A stretch of DNA of 63,929 bases, filler included, from Octopus bimaculoides (Eukaryota), in assembly GCF_001194135.2 (NCBI RefSeq). It is 5 parts of 5 records of this genome, joined end to end, with 100 filler letters (N's around TTAATTAATTAA, not from the genome) between each part and the next. Parts side by side here need not be neighbours in the genome. Positions count along the whole stretch, not along the records: positions 1 to 24,704 come from NC_068992.1; 4 more parts are not named here. The stretch is one strand, 5' to 3'. The notes beneath the pieces were generated by a model, which saw only the letters and a list, made by a program, of their open reading frames with translations, ran no database searches and had not been told where the DNA came from. Positions 1 through 11,045 of this stretch are shown here, in pieces. How positions within the stretch are numbered: the first letter of the stretch is position 1; each line of letters opens with the position of its first letter. Position numbers and translations under genes: made by a program.

Positions 1-28
1 TATACACATGTATGTATGTGTGTATATA

Positions 29-760
29 CAGGGTGGGTGTAAAGTAACAAGGCATTAGAAATTGCTTATAGAATTTTTAGTATCACTGAAGTCATGACGA
101 AAACATTTTTTAAACAGACAACACTAATGGGGATTTCTTATTTTCTTATTGTCTTATTTCTTAGTTTCTTATTTTCCAGATGGCTGGTCGCTTGACTGTT
201 CAGGAGCGAGCTAAGATAGCAGAACGCTACGAAGCGTGGCATTCGATTGTTTTGGTTCAGAGATGGTTGCGGGCATGGAAAAGTAAGCATGCAACACTAC
301 GTCCAGAGACAATAAAATGTTGTCATGCAAACCTGGTGACCATGGGCTCTGTGAACGATTTAAGAAGTGGCCGTCCAACCACATCCTGACCAGCGGAGAA
401 CATGGCAACAGTGCAAGAAATGTTTAATCACAGCCTGTAAAAATCAACACGTCAAGCAGCTCGTGAAAATGGACTAACAAGACACACAATATATATGGTG
501 TTGCATAAAGAATTGAATTTTCGTCCATGGAAACCCTGTTATGTGCAGGAACTAGAAGCTGATGGGACGACATGGACCTCATGAATAACCCTCAAGAAGT
601 CCAGATCTCACACCATGTGATTTTTACCTGTAGAGTTATATGAAAGAGAAGGTATACAAGACAAAACCTTGCACACGGGAGGACTTGGAGATATGGATTC
701 AGGAGGTTCTCAATGATATCCCAGCCTGATTTCTGTTGTGCTTGTTATTTTTCCAGTGAT
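29..760 (+). mobile_element. Internally deleted Tc1/mariner-superfamily transposon: left end plus N- and C-terminal transposase remnants
   Basis: TA followed by CAGGGTGGGTGTAAAGT at 29. HTH-like ORF 180-389 ends GSVNDLRSGRPTTS. It jumps at about 560 to GPHE*PSRSPDLTPCDFYL*SYMKEKVYKTKP, so the catalytic core is missing and in-frame stops are present. Confidence 0.85.
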
Positions 761-864
761 TGGTGGTTTTCTTAGAGGATTTTTTGACTCATATTTTTAC
801 AACAAAGCTGGCATCACATATGCCCTATTATAATTATAAATTAATTATAAAATTTTATATACAT

Positions 865-1262
865 AGGTGTAGGAGTGGCTGTGTGGTAAGTAGCTTCCTT
901 ACCAACCACATGGTCCCGGGTTCAGTCCCACTGCGTAGTATCTTGGGCAAGTGTCTTCTACTATAGCCTCGGGCCGACCAAAGCCTTGTGAGTGGATTTG
1001 GTAGACGGAAACTGAAAGAAGCCTGTCGTATATATGTATATATATATGTATGTGTGTATGTGTTTGTATGTCTGTGTTTGTCCCCCCAACATCGCTTGAC
1101 AACCGATGCTGGTGTGTTTATGTCCCCGTAACTTAGCGGTTCGGCAAAAGAATAAGTACTAGGCTTCCAAAGAATAAGTCCTGGGGTCGATTTGCTCGAC
1201 TAAAGGCGGTGCTCCAGCATGGCCACAGTCAAAAGACTGAAACAAGTAAAAGAGAGTAAAAG
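865..1262 (+). mobile_element. tRNA-derived SINE family A, full copy
   Basis: A-box-like TGGCTGTGTGGTAAG, B-box-like GGTTCAGTCCC, internal (TA/TG)n, and 3' tail ...GAAACAAGTAAAAGAG. Repeated about 17 times in the window. Confidence 0.9.
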
Positions 1263-1300
<38 letters not shown>

Positions 1301-1984
1301 CCTCTATCTTTTCCTTTAGTCTGTTGCACAGACCAGACACATTCTTATCTGCCTCCTCCTCTATCTTTTCTCTTGTCAAAGAATATTCCTCCAGCATTTA
1401 CTACCTTACCTCATCTGGCCTAACAGCCCTCCCTGTTTGTTTTCGTTTTGTTTGTTGTATGTCTCCATTGTCCTGTTTTTGTTACCAAATTTGACCCTCC
1501 GCAAATCCCAAATTTTACTTTGGTTCGCAGGAGCAACTGTTTTTCAACGCCTCATATTGTTTATAATTGCTCGAAATGTAGAGTAGATGAACACCCGACA
1601 ACTGATGAAGGGTCGTTCTTTATGTTACTGGTCTTGTTTTCCATATATTTCTCTCGTTGTTTGCATACCTAAGTTTGTCTTCATATTTCATGTTGTATTT
1701 ATATTTCGTAATTCATGTTGTTTACATTTTGTCATGTCCTGTACCCATATATACATATATACAAATATACATATTTATGTAAGTATGTATATGTATGTAT
1801 ATATGCATAAATACATATATTTTATTTATACTATTATTTTTCCCTAAAACTATATATTTATATATATTTAATACTGTGAAACTTATTTTAATTTTAATTT
1901 TTATAAATTGATTTTAATTGAGTTTTTTACCTGTAATTTTGGATTTTTATCCCTAATTTTATTATTATATATATATAAATACAC

Positions 1985-2158
1985 GCATACATACTTATAT
2001 ATACAAAGATCTTCCTTTAGTTTCTATCTACCAAATCCGCTTACAAAGCTTTGGTTAGATTGAGGCCAAAGTAGAAGACACTTGCCCAAGATTTCCATGC
2101 CATGAGACTGAACCCTGAACCACTTGGGTGGGAAGCAAACTTCTTACCACACAGCCAC
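1985..2158 (-). mobile_element. SINE family A, 5' half
   Basis: Reverse-complement match to 865-1030. Confidence 0.8.
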
Positions 2159-2344
2159 AAACATACAGATGCACACATTGATGCTTAAAGCTGTAAACAT
2201 TATAAATAGTTTTAGACGTAGTTAATAGATACCTTCAGCTCTAAGCATAATGACTAGTTATGGAGATAGGCCCTGATAGGTGCAGGCGAAGCTGTGTGAT
2301 CAACAAGCTCACTTTGCAAACATGTGGCACAGAATCCATAGCAA

Positions 2345-2377
<33 letters not shown>

Positions 2378-2406
2378 TGATGAAGATGGATGATGATGGA
2401 TGATGA

Positions 2407-2465
<59 letters not shown>

Positions 2466-2494
2466 AATGATGATGATGATGATGCCGATGATGT

Positions 2495-2529
<35 letters not shown>

Positions 2530-2780
2530 TTGATGCAAATGATGATGATGATGATGCTGATGACGATAATGATGATAATGATGTTGATGATGTTGCTGCT
2601 GCTGCTGCTGATGATGATGATGCCAATGATGTTGATGTTGCCGATGATGTTGATGATGATGATGATGATGATGGTGTTGATGCAAATGATGTTGATGATG
2701 ATGATGATGATGATAGTGTTGATGATCATCACGATCAGGTTGATGATGATGATGATGAGTATGATGATGAGAATGATGAT
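2345..2780. repeat. Degenerate (GAT)n microsatellite
   Basis: About 430 bp of GAT/GTT/GCT triplets; explains the poly-D/M/H/I ORFs. Confidence 0.95.
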
Positions 2781-3037
2781 GCACAATTACTAATTCTATG
2801 TTCTCACCTACGAAGAATGTGGCAAGTAGATAAAACTTCAAAACCAAACGTCTGCAATAATAATAGGTGATTAATTAAAGGTATCTAAGAATCTCGATTG
2901 CATTGCTCTTCGGTCTGTTTAAATATAACACTGAATACGTATTAACATAACTCTATTGTTACATTAACGAACACTTTATGATAATTAGTGTAGAGAATGA
3001 AACCCATACAGCAGTGAATGATTAAAAAGGTATGTAT

Positions 3038-3185
3038 GCGCAGGAGTGGCTGTGTGGTAAGTAGCTTGCTTACCAACCACATGGTTCAGTCCCACTGCGT
3101 GGCACCTTGGGCAAGTGTCTTCTACTATAGCCCCGGGCCGACCAAAGCCTTGTGAGTGGATCTGGTAGACGGAAACTACAAGAAG

Positions 3186-3192
<7 letters not shown>
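3038..3192 (+). mobile_element. SINE family A, 5' half
   Basis: Near-identical to 869-1030. Confidence 0.85.
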
Positions 3193-3225
<33 letters not shown>

Positions 3226-3853
3226 CCAAGAGAGTTAGAGGTTGTGAATCCAACCAACTAAGGGATAATATCTATCCAATATGTAAAANNNNNNNNNNNN
3301 NNNNNNNNNNNNNNNNNNNNNNNNNNNNNNNNNNNNNNNNNNNNNNNNNNNNNNNNNNNNNNNNNNNNNNNNNNNNNNNNNNNNNNNNNNNNNNNNNNNN
3401 NNNNNNNNNNNNNNNNNNNNNNNNNNNNNNNNNNNNNNNNNNNNNNNNNNNNNNNNNNNNNNNNNNNNNNNNNNNNNNNNNNNNNNNNNNNNNNNNNNNN
3501 NNNNNNNNNNNNNNNNNNNNNNNNNNNNNNNNNNNNNNNNNNNNNNNNNNNNNNNNNNNNNNNNNNNNNNNNNNNNNNNNNNNNNNNNNNNNNNNNNNNN
3601 NNNNNNNNNNNNNNNNNNNNNNNNNNNNNNNNNNNNNNNNNNNNNNNNNNNNNNNNNNNNNNNNNNNNNNNNNNNNNNNNNNNNNNNNNNNNNNNNNNNN
3701 NNNNNNNNNNNNNNNNNNNNNNNNNNNNNNNNNNNNNNNNNNNNNNNNNNNNNNNNNNNNNNNNNNNNNNNNNNNNNNNNNNNNNNNNNNNCTTATGATC
3801 ATGATGCTGACACCCTAACCACTAAACCACGCGCCTCCACATGTGTGTGTGTG

Positions 3854-3905
<52 letters not shown>

Positions 3906-4627
3906 GCACTCATATCTATGTATCTTTATATATTTGTATTTCTGGTTATTGCGCAAATTTGTGAACAATAACTTCATTGGTCACAAAGCTCTGTCACATG
4001 TTGACATTCACCATAAACCTCAAGAGGAAATGGACTGTGTGTGACATTCAAATCACTTAATGACATTTTAATCACTTCAGACATTTTTCATCGCTATGTA
4101 ATTATGGCTCGAATAATTTGATTCCAATAGCTTCTTTAATATAAAAGTTCCTGATATTTTTATTTCAAACTGTAATACAAATCTGCAATCTCTGTCCAGC
4201 AGACATTTAGATATTATTTTAGATTTGCAATTCTTTAAGAAAATTTCAAGAATTTGTAGTTTACATCTTTGCACTTCTTAATTCTATGTTACAACGACAC
4301 AAACAAATTTGTTTCCTGCATTTTTTTCTCCTCAAATTTCCAACCATCTGTGTATTATTTATCCATTTTTCTGTAATCCAATAAGTTTCAATCACAGACA
4401 CAACAACCCCAGGGTGTCGTATTAAGTCAATAAAAATATTGTGGTTAACAATTTTTACAGTTACGTCAAATATTTAGATTTAGAGAGAGATAATCATCAT
4501 ACCCAGTTTCACACAGAATGAAGTCATGACTCTTTGGCTATAGAATCTACACAAAATTATGCAGTCAGTTAACACAATTCTTCAAAAAAGTGTTTGATAC
4601 ATTTTGTTTATAATATTCTCAGTTTTT

Positions 4628-5040
4628 AGGCGGCATGCTGGCAGAATCGGTAGCACGCCGGGCGAAATGCTTAGCGGTATTTCGTCTGCCGTTACATTCT
4701 GAGTTCAAATTCTGCCGAGGTTGACTTTGCCTTTCATCCTTTCAGGGTCGATAAATTAAGTACCGGTTACACACTGGGGTCGATGTAATTGACTTAATCC
4801 CTTTGTCTGTCCTTGTTTGTCCCCTCTGTGTGTAGCCCCTTGTGGGTAGTAAAGAAATAAGAAACGTTAGCAATGCCGGGTGAAATGCTTAGCGGTATTT
4901 CGTTTGTCTTTACATTCTAAGTTCAAATTCCATTGAGGTTGACTTTGCCTTTCATCCTTTTGGGGTCGATAAATTAAGTACCAGTTGCATACTGGGGTTG
5001 ATCTAATCGACTGGCCCCTTCCCCCAAAATTTTGGGCTGG
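4628..5040 (+). mobile_element. Dimeric tRNA-derived SINE family B
   Basis: Two head-to-tail monomers (GCTGGCAGAA...GAGTTCAAATTC...GCCTTTCATCCTTTCGGGGTCGATAAATTAAGTACC) joined by a conserved linker. The core resembles the Nin/Deu SINE domain (from recall). Confidence 0.85.
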
Positions 5041-5086
5041 GTGAGACTTGGAGCCAACTTGTACAAATACAAAGCAACAGTCAAAC

Positions 5087-5132
<46 letters not shown>

Positions 5133-5139
5133 CGCATTG

Positions 5140-5491
5140 TCACTAAAAACCCACTACTCAGTAGTGATAAGGTATTTCATATGGCTGGGATTGTTGGAGT
5201 AAAGAGAGACATGAGGTGTACAGTCCTTGACAAACATTGGTTCTGTGAAAAAATTTCCTCGTCAGCTTCCTATATCTCCAACTAACATTGATAAACATCT
5301 AAAGTGAGCAAGAATGTACTTAAAAACAGGTTTTAGAAACATCATATTCACTGACGAATCATGTCACATTAGATGGTCCAGACGGATGGGCTAAAGGATG
5401 GTTTCTGTCAAGCTAAGATGCTCCTATGACGAGAAGACAGCAACAAGGAGGTGGTGATGTAATGATATGGGCTGGTATTGTTAATAGTACT

Positions 5492-5527
<36 letters not shown>

Positions 5528-6380
5528 GTCATCGTTTAACGTCCGCTTTCCATGCTAGCATGGGTTGGACGATTTGACTGAGGACTGGTGAAACCGGATG
5601 GCAACACCAGGCTCCAATCTAATTTGGCAGAGTTTCTACAGTTGGACCATTTAAAGTTGACGAAGGTATAAAACTCAACAGTATTAATTATTGTGAACTC
5701 TTGGATCTAACTTTCTTTGAATGATACAAGTGTCAACCTCACAGTTTCAAGATAAAGTGTATGTTTATACATGACAATGCTCCATCACATGCTTCTTGCC
5801 TAACCCATGAGTTTCTTGAGCGCAAATTATTTGCCGAAGACAAATTAATGGAGTGGCCACTGTCAAGCCCTGACTTGAACCTCGAAGAAAACCTCTGGTC
5901 AATCGTAAAACAGAAACTCTATGAAGGAGGCAAACAGTACAACGGTATGGTAGAACTGTGGGATGTTGTACAAAGTATTACAGTTACAGTTTCACCAGAT
6001 CAAATTAGAAAACTAACAAGTTCGATGGACAACAGATTTGTAGCGTTGATTGAAAAGAAAGGCTGTTATATCAACATGTAAATTGTTTCAACTATATATT
6101 AAACCATTATATTTTCAATTAGTAAAAAGTTCATAATGAGTTCATATATTTTAATTGTCCTGATACGCAGAGCAAATAACAATTCTGACATTTGTATAAT
6201 AATTTCAGACAGCCAATTTCAGTAAATTCTCAATTACTCACGAAAAACAGATCAGATCTATGTCGAATTTTAGTCACAATTAAGAAAGAGCATTTGTACC
6301 AACGTCCTAAAATTTCAGCTTCCTATGTACATGTACATTCATTTTATAAAAAAAAATAAGTTTTGCATAAATTCTTCAGA
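5140..6380 (+). mobile_element. Tc1-like DD37E (TRT-type) transposon, degenerate, interrupted by a family C insertion
   Basis: FTDES/VTLDGPDGWAKGW near 5347 and GGGDVMIWAGIV. ORF 5761-6081 has HDNAPSHAS...SPDLNLEENLW with 37 residues between the second D and the E. Confidence 0.85.
5494..5642 (-). mobile_element. Family C retro-tail (RTE-like 3' end with (GAT)n tail) inserted in the transposase
   Basis: (CAT)n + TTTAACGTCCGCTTTCCATGCTAGCATGG. The transposase frame resumes at VGPF. Confidence 0.85.
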
Positions 6381-6522
6381 CACACACACACACACACACA
6401 CACATATAAATACACACACATATACTTACATATACACATACACACAATGTCCTTATATACCTACACACATACATAAATATCTGATATAAAATATCTGATA
6501 TATATATACATATATATGCGTG

Positions 6523-6553
<31 letters not shown>

Positions 6554-7016
6554 ATAGTTATGTGAGAATGCAATGTCTATAAAAAATCAGAACAAAAAGA
6601 GAGAAAAAAAATAACATAAGAAAGGTCTGAGTGTCAGGTCATTTGTAAACATACTTGAGACGGAAAGTTTGATCATTATACGATCAATAATAAGATCAAT
6701 TAGAAAAATAAAACTACAACAAAAAGCAATAATAACCAGTTGAAGAACTGGCACACTGCCATAAATTTTATTGAGGTCGGTTATGTTGACCCCAGTACTT
6801 GACTGGTACTTGTTCTCTTGACTTCTGGAAGAATGGATATCTATGATTTGAAATCTGTACAACTATCAGTTTTACTGATTAAGAAGTAAAGCAAAAAAAA
6901 AAAAGAAAAAATGATAAATAATCAATAAAATTAAAGAAAAAAAAATGAATTAAAAGAGAACTTACCGTTGTTTTTGTTGCTCCTCTTTTTATATTTTTGT
7001 TGTTTTTTTTTCTCAG

Positions 7017-7055
7017 AAAATTAAAGAATATATTGTTGTAGAAATCAACCAAATG
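7017..7055 (+). CDS. Orphan 39-nt phase 0-0 coding exon (KIKEYIVVEINQM) of an unidentified gene
   Basis: 50-nt pyrimidine tract plus CAG acceptor, upstream CTTAC branch-like motif, donor ATG|GTAAGT; only frame 0 is open. Confidence 0.55.
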
Positions 7056-7199
7056 GTAAGTCCAAATATTGGGAACAAATTTTGATGATTAAAGAAAAAT
7101 GTTCCATGAATCAATTCTCAATAAGTCAACTACTGGTTTATTAAGGAACTATAAAAAACTGATGCAAAGTCTGAAAAAAAAAATAGAAAAAAAATTATC

Positions 7200-7232
<33 letters not shown>

Positions 7233-7316
7233 TAATAACAATAATCATTCAGTTTCTTTGCCCTAGGTGTCAGGAAGACACTCGGCAAGAAATGGAAACA
7301 AAATTGAAAGAAGAGG

Positions 7317-7364
<48 letters not shown>

Positions 7365-7368
<4 letters not shown>

Positions 7369-7540
7369 TCATCATCATCATTTAACGTCCGCTTTCCATG
7401 CTAGCATGGGTTGGACGATTTGACTGAGGACATACGAACCACAGGCTGCACCAGTCTCCAATCTGATTTGGCAGAGTTTCTATAGCTGGATTCCCTTCCT
7501 AACGCCAACCACTCCGAGAGTGTAGTGGGTGCTTTTACGT
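7365..7540 (-). mobile_element. Family C retro-tail
   Basis: Matches 5494-5642 and extends to GTGGGTGCTTTTACGTG. Confidence 0.85.
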
Positions 7541-7556
7541 GAATAATAATAATAAT

Positions 7557-7990
7557 AATGGCTTCAAATTTTGGAACAAGGTCTGCAGGATTGGGGAAGA
7601 GGCTACGTTGATTAAATTGGTTCCAGTACTCAACTGGTACTTAATTTCATCAACCCTGAAAATGATGAAGAGCAAAGTCAACCGTGACAAAATTTGAACT
7701 CGGAATATAAAGACAGATGAGATGCTGTCACTCATTTCACCCGATGAGCAAACAATTCTTATTTCTTTATTGCCCACAAGGGGCTAAACATAGAGGGGAC
7801 AAACAAGGACAGACAAAGGGATTAAGTCGATTATATCAACCCTAGTGCATAAACTGGTACTTAATTTATTGACCCCGAAGAGATGAAAGGCAAAGTCGAC
7901 CTCAGCGGAATTTGAACTCAGAACGTAGTAGCAGACGAATACCACTAAGCATTTTGTCCAGCATGCTAATAATTCTGCTAGTTTGCCGCC
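7557..7990 (-). mobile_element. Dimeric SINE family B
   Basis: Reverse-complement match to 4628-5040 including the linker. Confidence 0.85.
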
Positions 7991-8747
7991 TTCCTTCTGA
8001 TTTATATTGATAAATAGAAACTGTATGAGAGTACTTCATGTATGTGTGTGTGTGTGTGTGTGTGTGTATTTGCAAGTAATTATCTCTTTGGCTGGTTGAC
8101 TCCACTTGGAAAACACTCTCTCTTTGTTTATGTCCTGTAACTTAGCAGTGCAACAAATGGGAATCACTAAAATAAAGTACTACACTTAAAAAAAAAAATA
8201 AGCAGCACTGAGTTTGGTATGATTGATAAAACCTTTCATGAATGTACTCCAGTATGGCCAAAGTCCAACAACAAAAAGATGTAAAGGAGGAATAAAGCAA
8301 AAGAGACAGACACTAAGCTAGAATCATTTTACAGTTTTGATTGCTCTGTCATGCTTGCTATTTTCCTGGATAAGTTAGGTGAGAGAGACCCCATGATCAT
8401 CACCACCACCACCACCACTACCACCAACAACGACAGCAACAACTCCACATGTGCAGTGAGTTGGTGATATAAAATTGTGTACCTGTAGCCAATCAATCAA
8501 GCACCAGGTGAAAACTGCCCCAAGCTAATTATAGAAGTGAACATACATAGAGGAAATGACCAAGGGTCATTCATTGAGCTGATGGTGCAAGGATGAGGAT
8601 GAGAATGAGGTGGAGGAAGGTCACCTTTAGTGTTTTGTTTAGTTATATATCGCTGAAGGTTACAATTTTGACTGACACTGATGGTGTAAGGAGGAAAAGG
8701 AAGAGGAGAAGAGCTTCCAATGGCCATTTTTTTGTTTTTTATTTTAG

Positions 8748-8906
8748 TTATATGTTGCTAAAGGTGACACCGGTGGCAGTGGTGACTACAACAATGATGA
8801 TAATGTTGATACAAAGCCACAAAGTAACTCATCATTCAGAAAGAGAGAAAATAAAAGCAAAAGCAAAAGCATTTCCACCAAAGAAAAACAAAATTTGCAA
8901 AAATGA
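8748..8906 (+). CDS. Candidate terminal coding exon (LYVAKGDTGG...KQNLQK*), in phase with the 7017 exon
   Basis: TTTTTTGTTTTTTATTTTAG acceptor and 52 open codons to TGA. A paralogous acceptor at 8641-8642 gives LYIAEGYNFD*. Confidence 0.4.
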   Translation, partial: LYVAKGDTGGSGDYNNDDNVDTKPQSNSSFRKRENKSKSKSISTKEKQNLQK

Positions 8907-9250
8907 AAAAAAAAAAAATTCTTCAATATGTTGGCTATGCCATTAGCAAGAATGTTCTTTTGCCTTTGCTTTCTAGGGAATCATTATATTACCTCTTTAT
9001 GCATTTAAATAAATTATTTAGAACAATAATGGTGTGACAGAGTAAAGATGGTACGCATGTTGTCCATAAAATAAACAGGAAGAGAAAATGGAAGAAAATA
9101 ACACATAGTTTGTATGTAAACTTGCCAAAGTGTAATTTAAATTTAGTCTTTGATAGTTGTTGTGTGTTAATGTCTGGGTGAGATACAGCAGAATAGCAAA
9201 AAATGGCACCGTTATTACTATGTCTGAAAGAATGTCTTATGATATTTGTT

Positions 9251-9308
9251 CTAGTATAAACCTTTAGCACACTGTAGGTGCATCATGTCACCGTATGGGT
9301 TTTCTCCC
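9251..9308 (-). CDS. Candidate terminal exon of a minus-strand gene (GENPYGDMMHLQCAKGLY*)
   Basis: Acceptor CTTGTTACTACAG and a short open frame; no upstream partner confirmed. Confidence 0.25.
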
Positions 9309-9374
9309 CTGTAGTAACAAGGCAGTGGCAGGGGAGATAATTCTAGAGAAAATGCAGTGTGTGAAAGGTTAAGA

Positions 9375-9600
9375 GGTAGTGAGCTGGCAGAACCGTTAGC
9401 AGATCCGGACAAAATGCTCAGCAGTATTTCATCCTTCATTATGTTCTGTGTTCAAATTCTGCCAGGCCAACTTTGCCAGACGATCTTTTTGAGGTCGATA
9501 AAATGAGTACCATTTGAACACTGGGGACGATGTAACTGACTCATCATCTTCCCCTAAACTGCTGGCCTTGTGCCAAAATTTGAAATCAATATTTATTCTG
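9375..9600 (+). mobile_element. SINE family B monomer
   Basis: GAGCTGGCAGAACCGTTAGC head and GAGGTCGATAAAATGAGTACC core. Confidence 0.8.
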
Positions 9601-9814
9601 GCATTCTGCATCCTGAATTCAAACCTCACTGAAGTCACTTTGCCTCTAAACCCCCTGAGTGATGACAAGTGAAGTACTTGTTTAGTACAGGGGTTAGTTT
9701 TTCTATTTCACTTTCTCTCTCTCTCTCTCACCATGTTATGGTAACTATTATAGAATGCAACAATTCTGTTAAAATGCACTGCTTCTGTTTCAATTAATTT
9801 TAAAAATAATTAAG

Positions 9815-10200
9815 AAGTGGCTGTGTGGTAAGTAGCTTGCTTACCAACCACATGGTTCAGGGATCAGTCCCACTGCATGGCACCTTAGGTAAGGGTCTTC
9901 TGATATAGCCTCGGGCCGACCAAAGCCTTGTGAGTGGATTTGGTAGATGGAAACTGAAAGAAGCCCATTATATATATATATGTGTGTGTATATGTCATGT
10001 GTCTGTGTTTGTCCCCTCAACATCGCTTGACAACCGATGCTGGTGTGTTTAGGTCCCCGTAACTTAGCAGTTTGGCAAAAGAGACTGATAGAATAAGTAC
10101 TAGGCTTACAAAGAATAAGTCCTGGGGATCGAATTGCTTGACTAAAGGCGGTGCTCCAGCATGGCTACAGTCAAATGATTGAAATAAGTAAAAGAAAAAA
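9815..10200 (+). mobile_element. SINE family A, full copy, nested in an older MITE (about 9735-10330)
   Basis: Matches 865-1262. The flanks resemble successive parts of the TTAA-MITE at 34197. Confidence 0.85.
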
Positions 10201-10894
10201 TGCATAAAAATAAGCTGCTATTTGGAATGTAAGTTAACATGAAATTTTGATGGAAGGTTTTAATTTAGATCAACTTTAAAGAAAATTTGAATTCAGCAAA
10301 ATATAAAGAATTTTAAAGTTCAAGCTTAACCACAATCAGTGGTTATTTAAAAAAAAAAAAGAGAAAAAAAAAGGGTCACTTTGTTTCAGTTTAAAATTAA
10401 ATAATTAACTTGCACCTAAAGTAGCCACAAATAAGCTAAGCTGATTATATAATCCATAGCAACATTAAACTAAAGTTAATTCCAAATTAATCCAGCAGCT
10501 TTCTTAATGCCCCACTTGTCTAAAATGTATTTCTCTCCAGAAAAAAACTAAGGATGTCATTGTATAGTATTTATGTAAGTATTTTCTAAAACAAATTGCT
10601 GTAGATATTCCTGACATTTTGCTTCAGACTTTATTCAATTGCTAAATTCTTCAGGTAATTTTTCATTCACAGCATTTTGTTTTTTATTTGTATTCTTATT
10701 CATTTTTAATTTGCTTTTGCAAATTACCACTTTTTTTTCATAACTTTAACTTAAAGGTACATGTAAGGAATGTCAGTTATGTCTAGTCTATTATGAATTG
10801 ATTCTGAATCAAAGATTAATTTCACAACATAAAATCTCAGTATGAAGCCAGAATTATATTGCAACACATTTATACAATACACACACACACATAT

Positions 10895-11045
10895 ATTTGC
10901 TGAGCTTCTTTCAGTTTCCATCTACCAAATCCATTCAGTCTGAAGGTATAGCAGAAGACAATTGCCGAAGGTACCATGCAGTGGGACTGAACCCAGAACC
11001 ATGTCGTTGGGAAGCAAACTTCTTACTACACAGCCATGCCTGCGT
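10895..11045 (-). mobile_element. SINE family A, 5' half
   Basis: Reverse-complement match. Confidence 0.75.

Noticed and set aside
865-960. tRNA gene (also other SINE heads, e.g. 55530-55630)
   Set aside because: A/B boxes only, no full cloverleaf; part of multi-copy SINEs
1590-1700. CTGATGAAGGG motif (also 49270 minus; decayed at 29262) as a hammerhead
   Set aside because: No stem II closure or GAAA downstream, and no type II/III fold found. It is a dispersed repeat end only.
2808-2851. Minus-strand 44-nt exon candidate (TFGFEVLSTCHILR)
   Set aside because: Good AG/GT sites but no partner exon or recognisable product
2241-2870. Poly-Asp/His/Met/Ile ORFs of 105-197 aa
   Set aside because: All frames of a (GAT)n microsatellite are open; no credible gene context
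9732-9765. Minus-strand exon in phase with the 9308 exon
   Set aside because: Lies inside a dispersed MITE sequence
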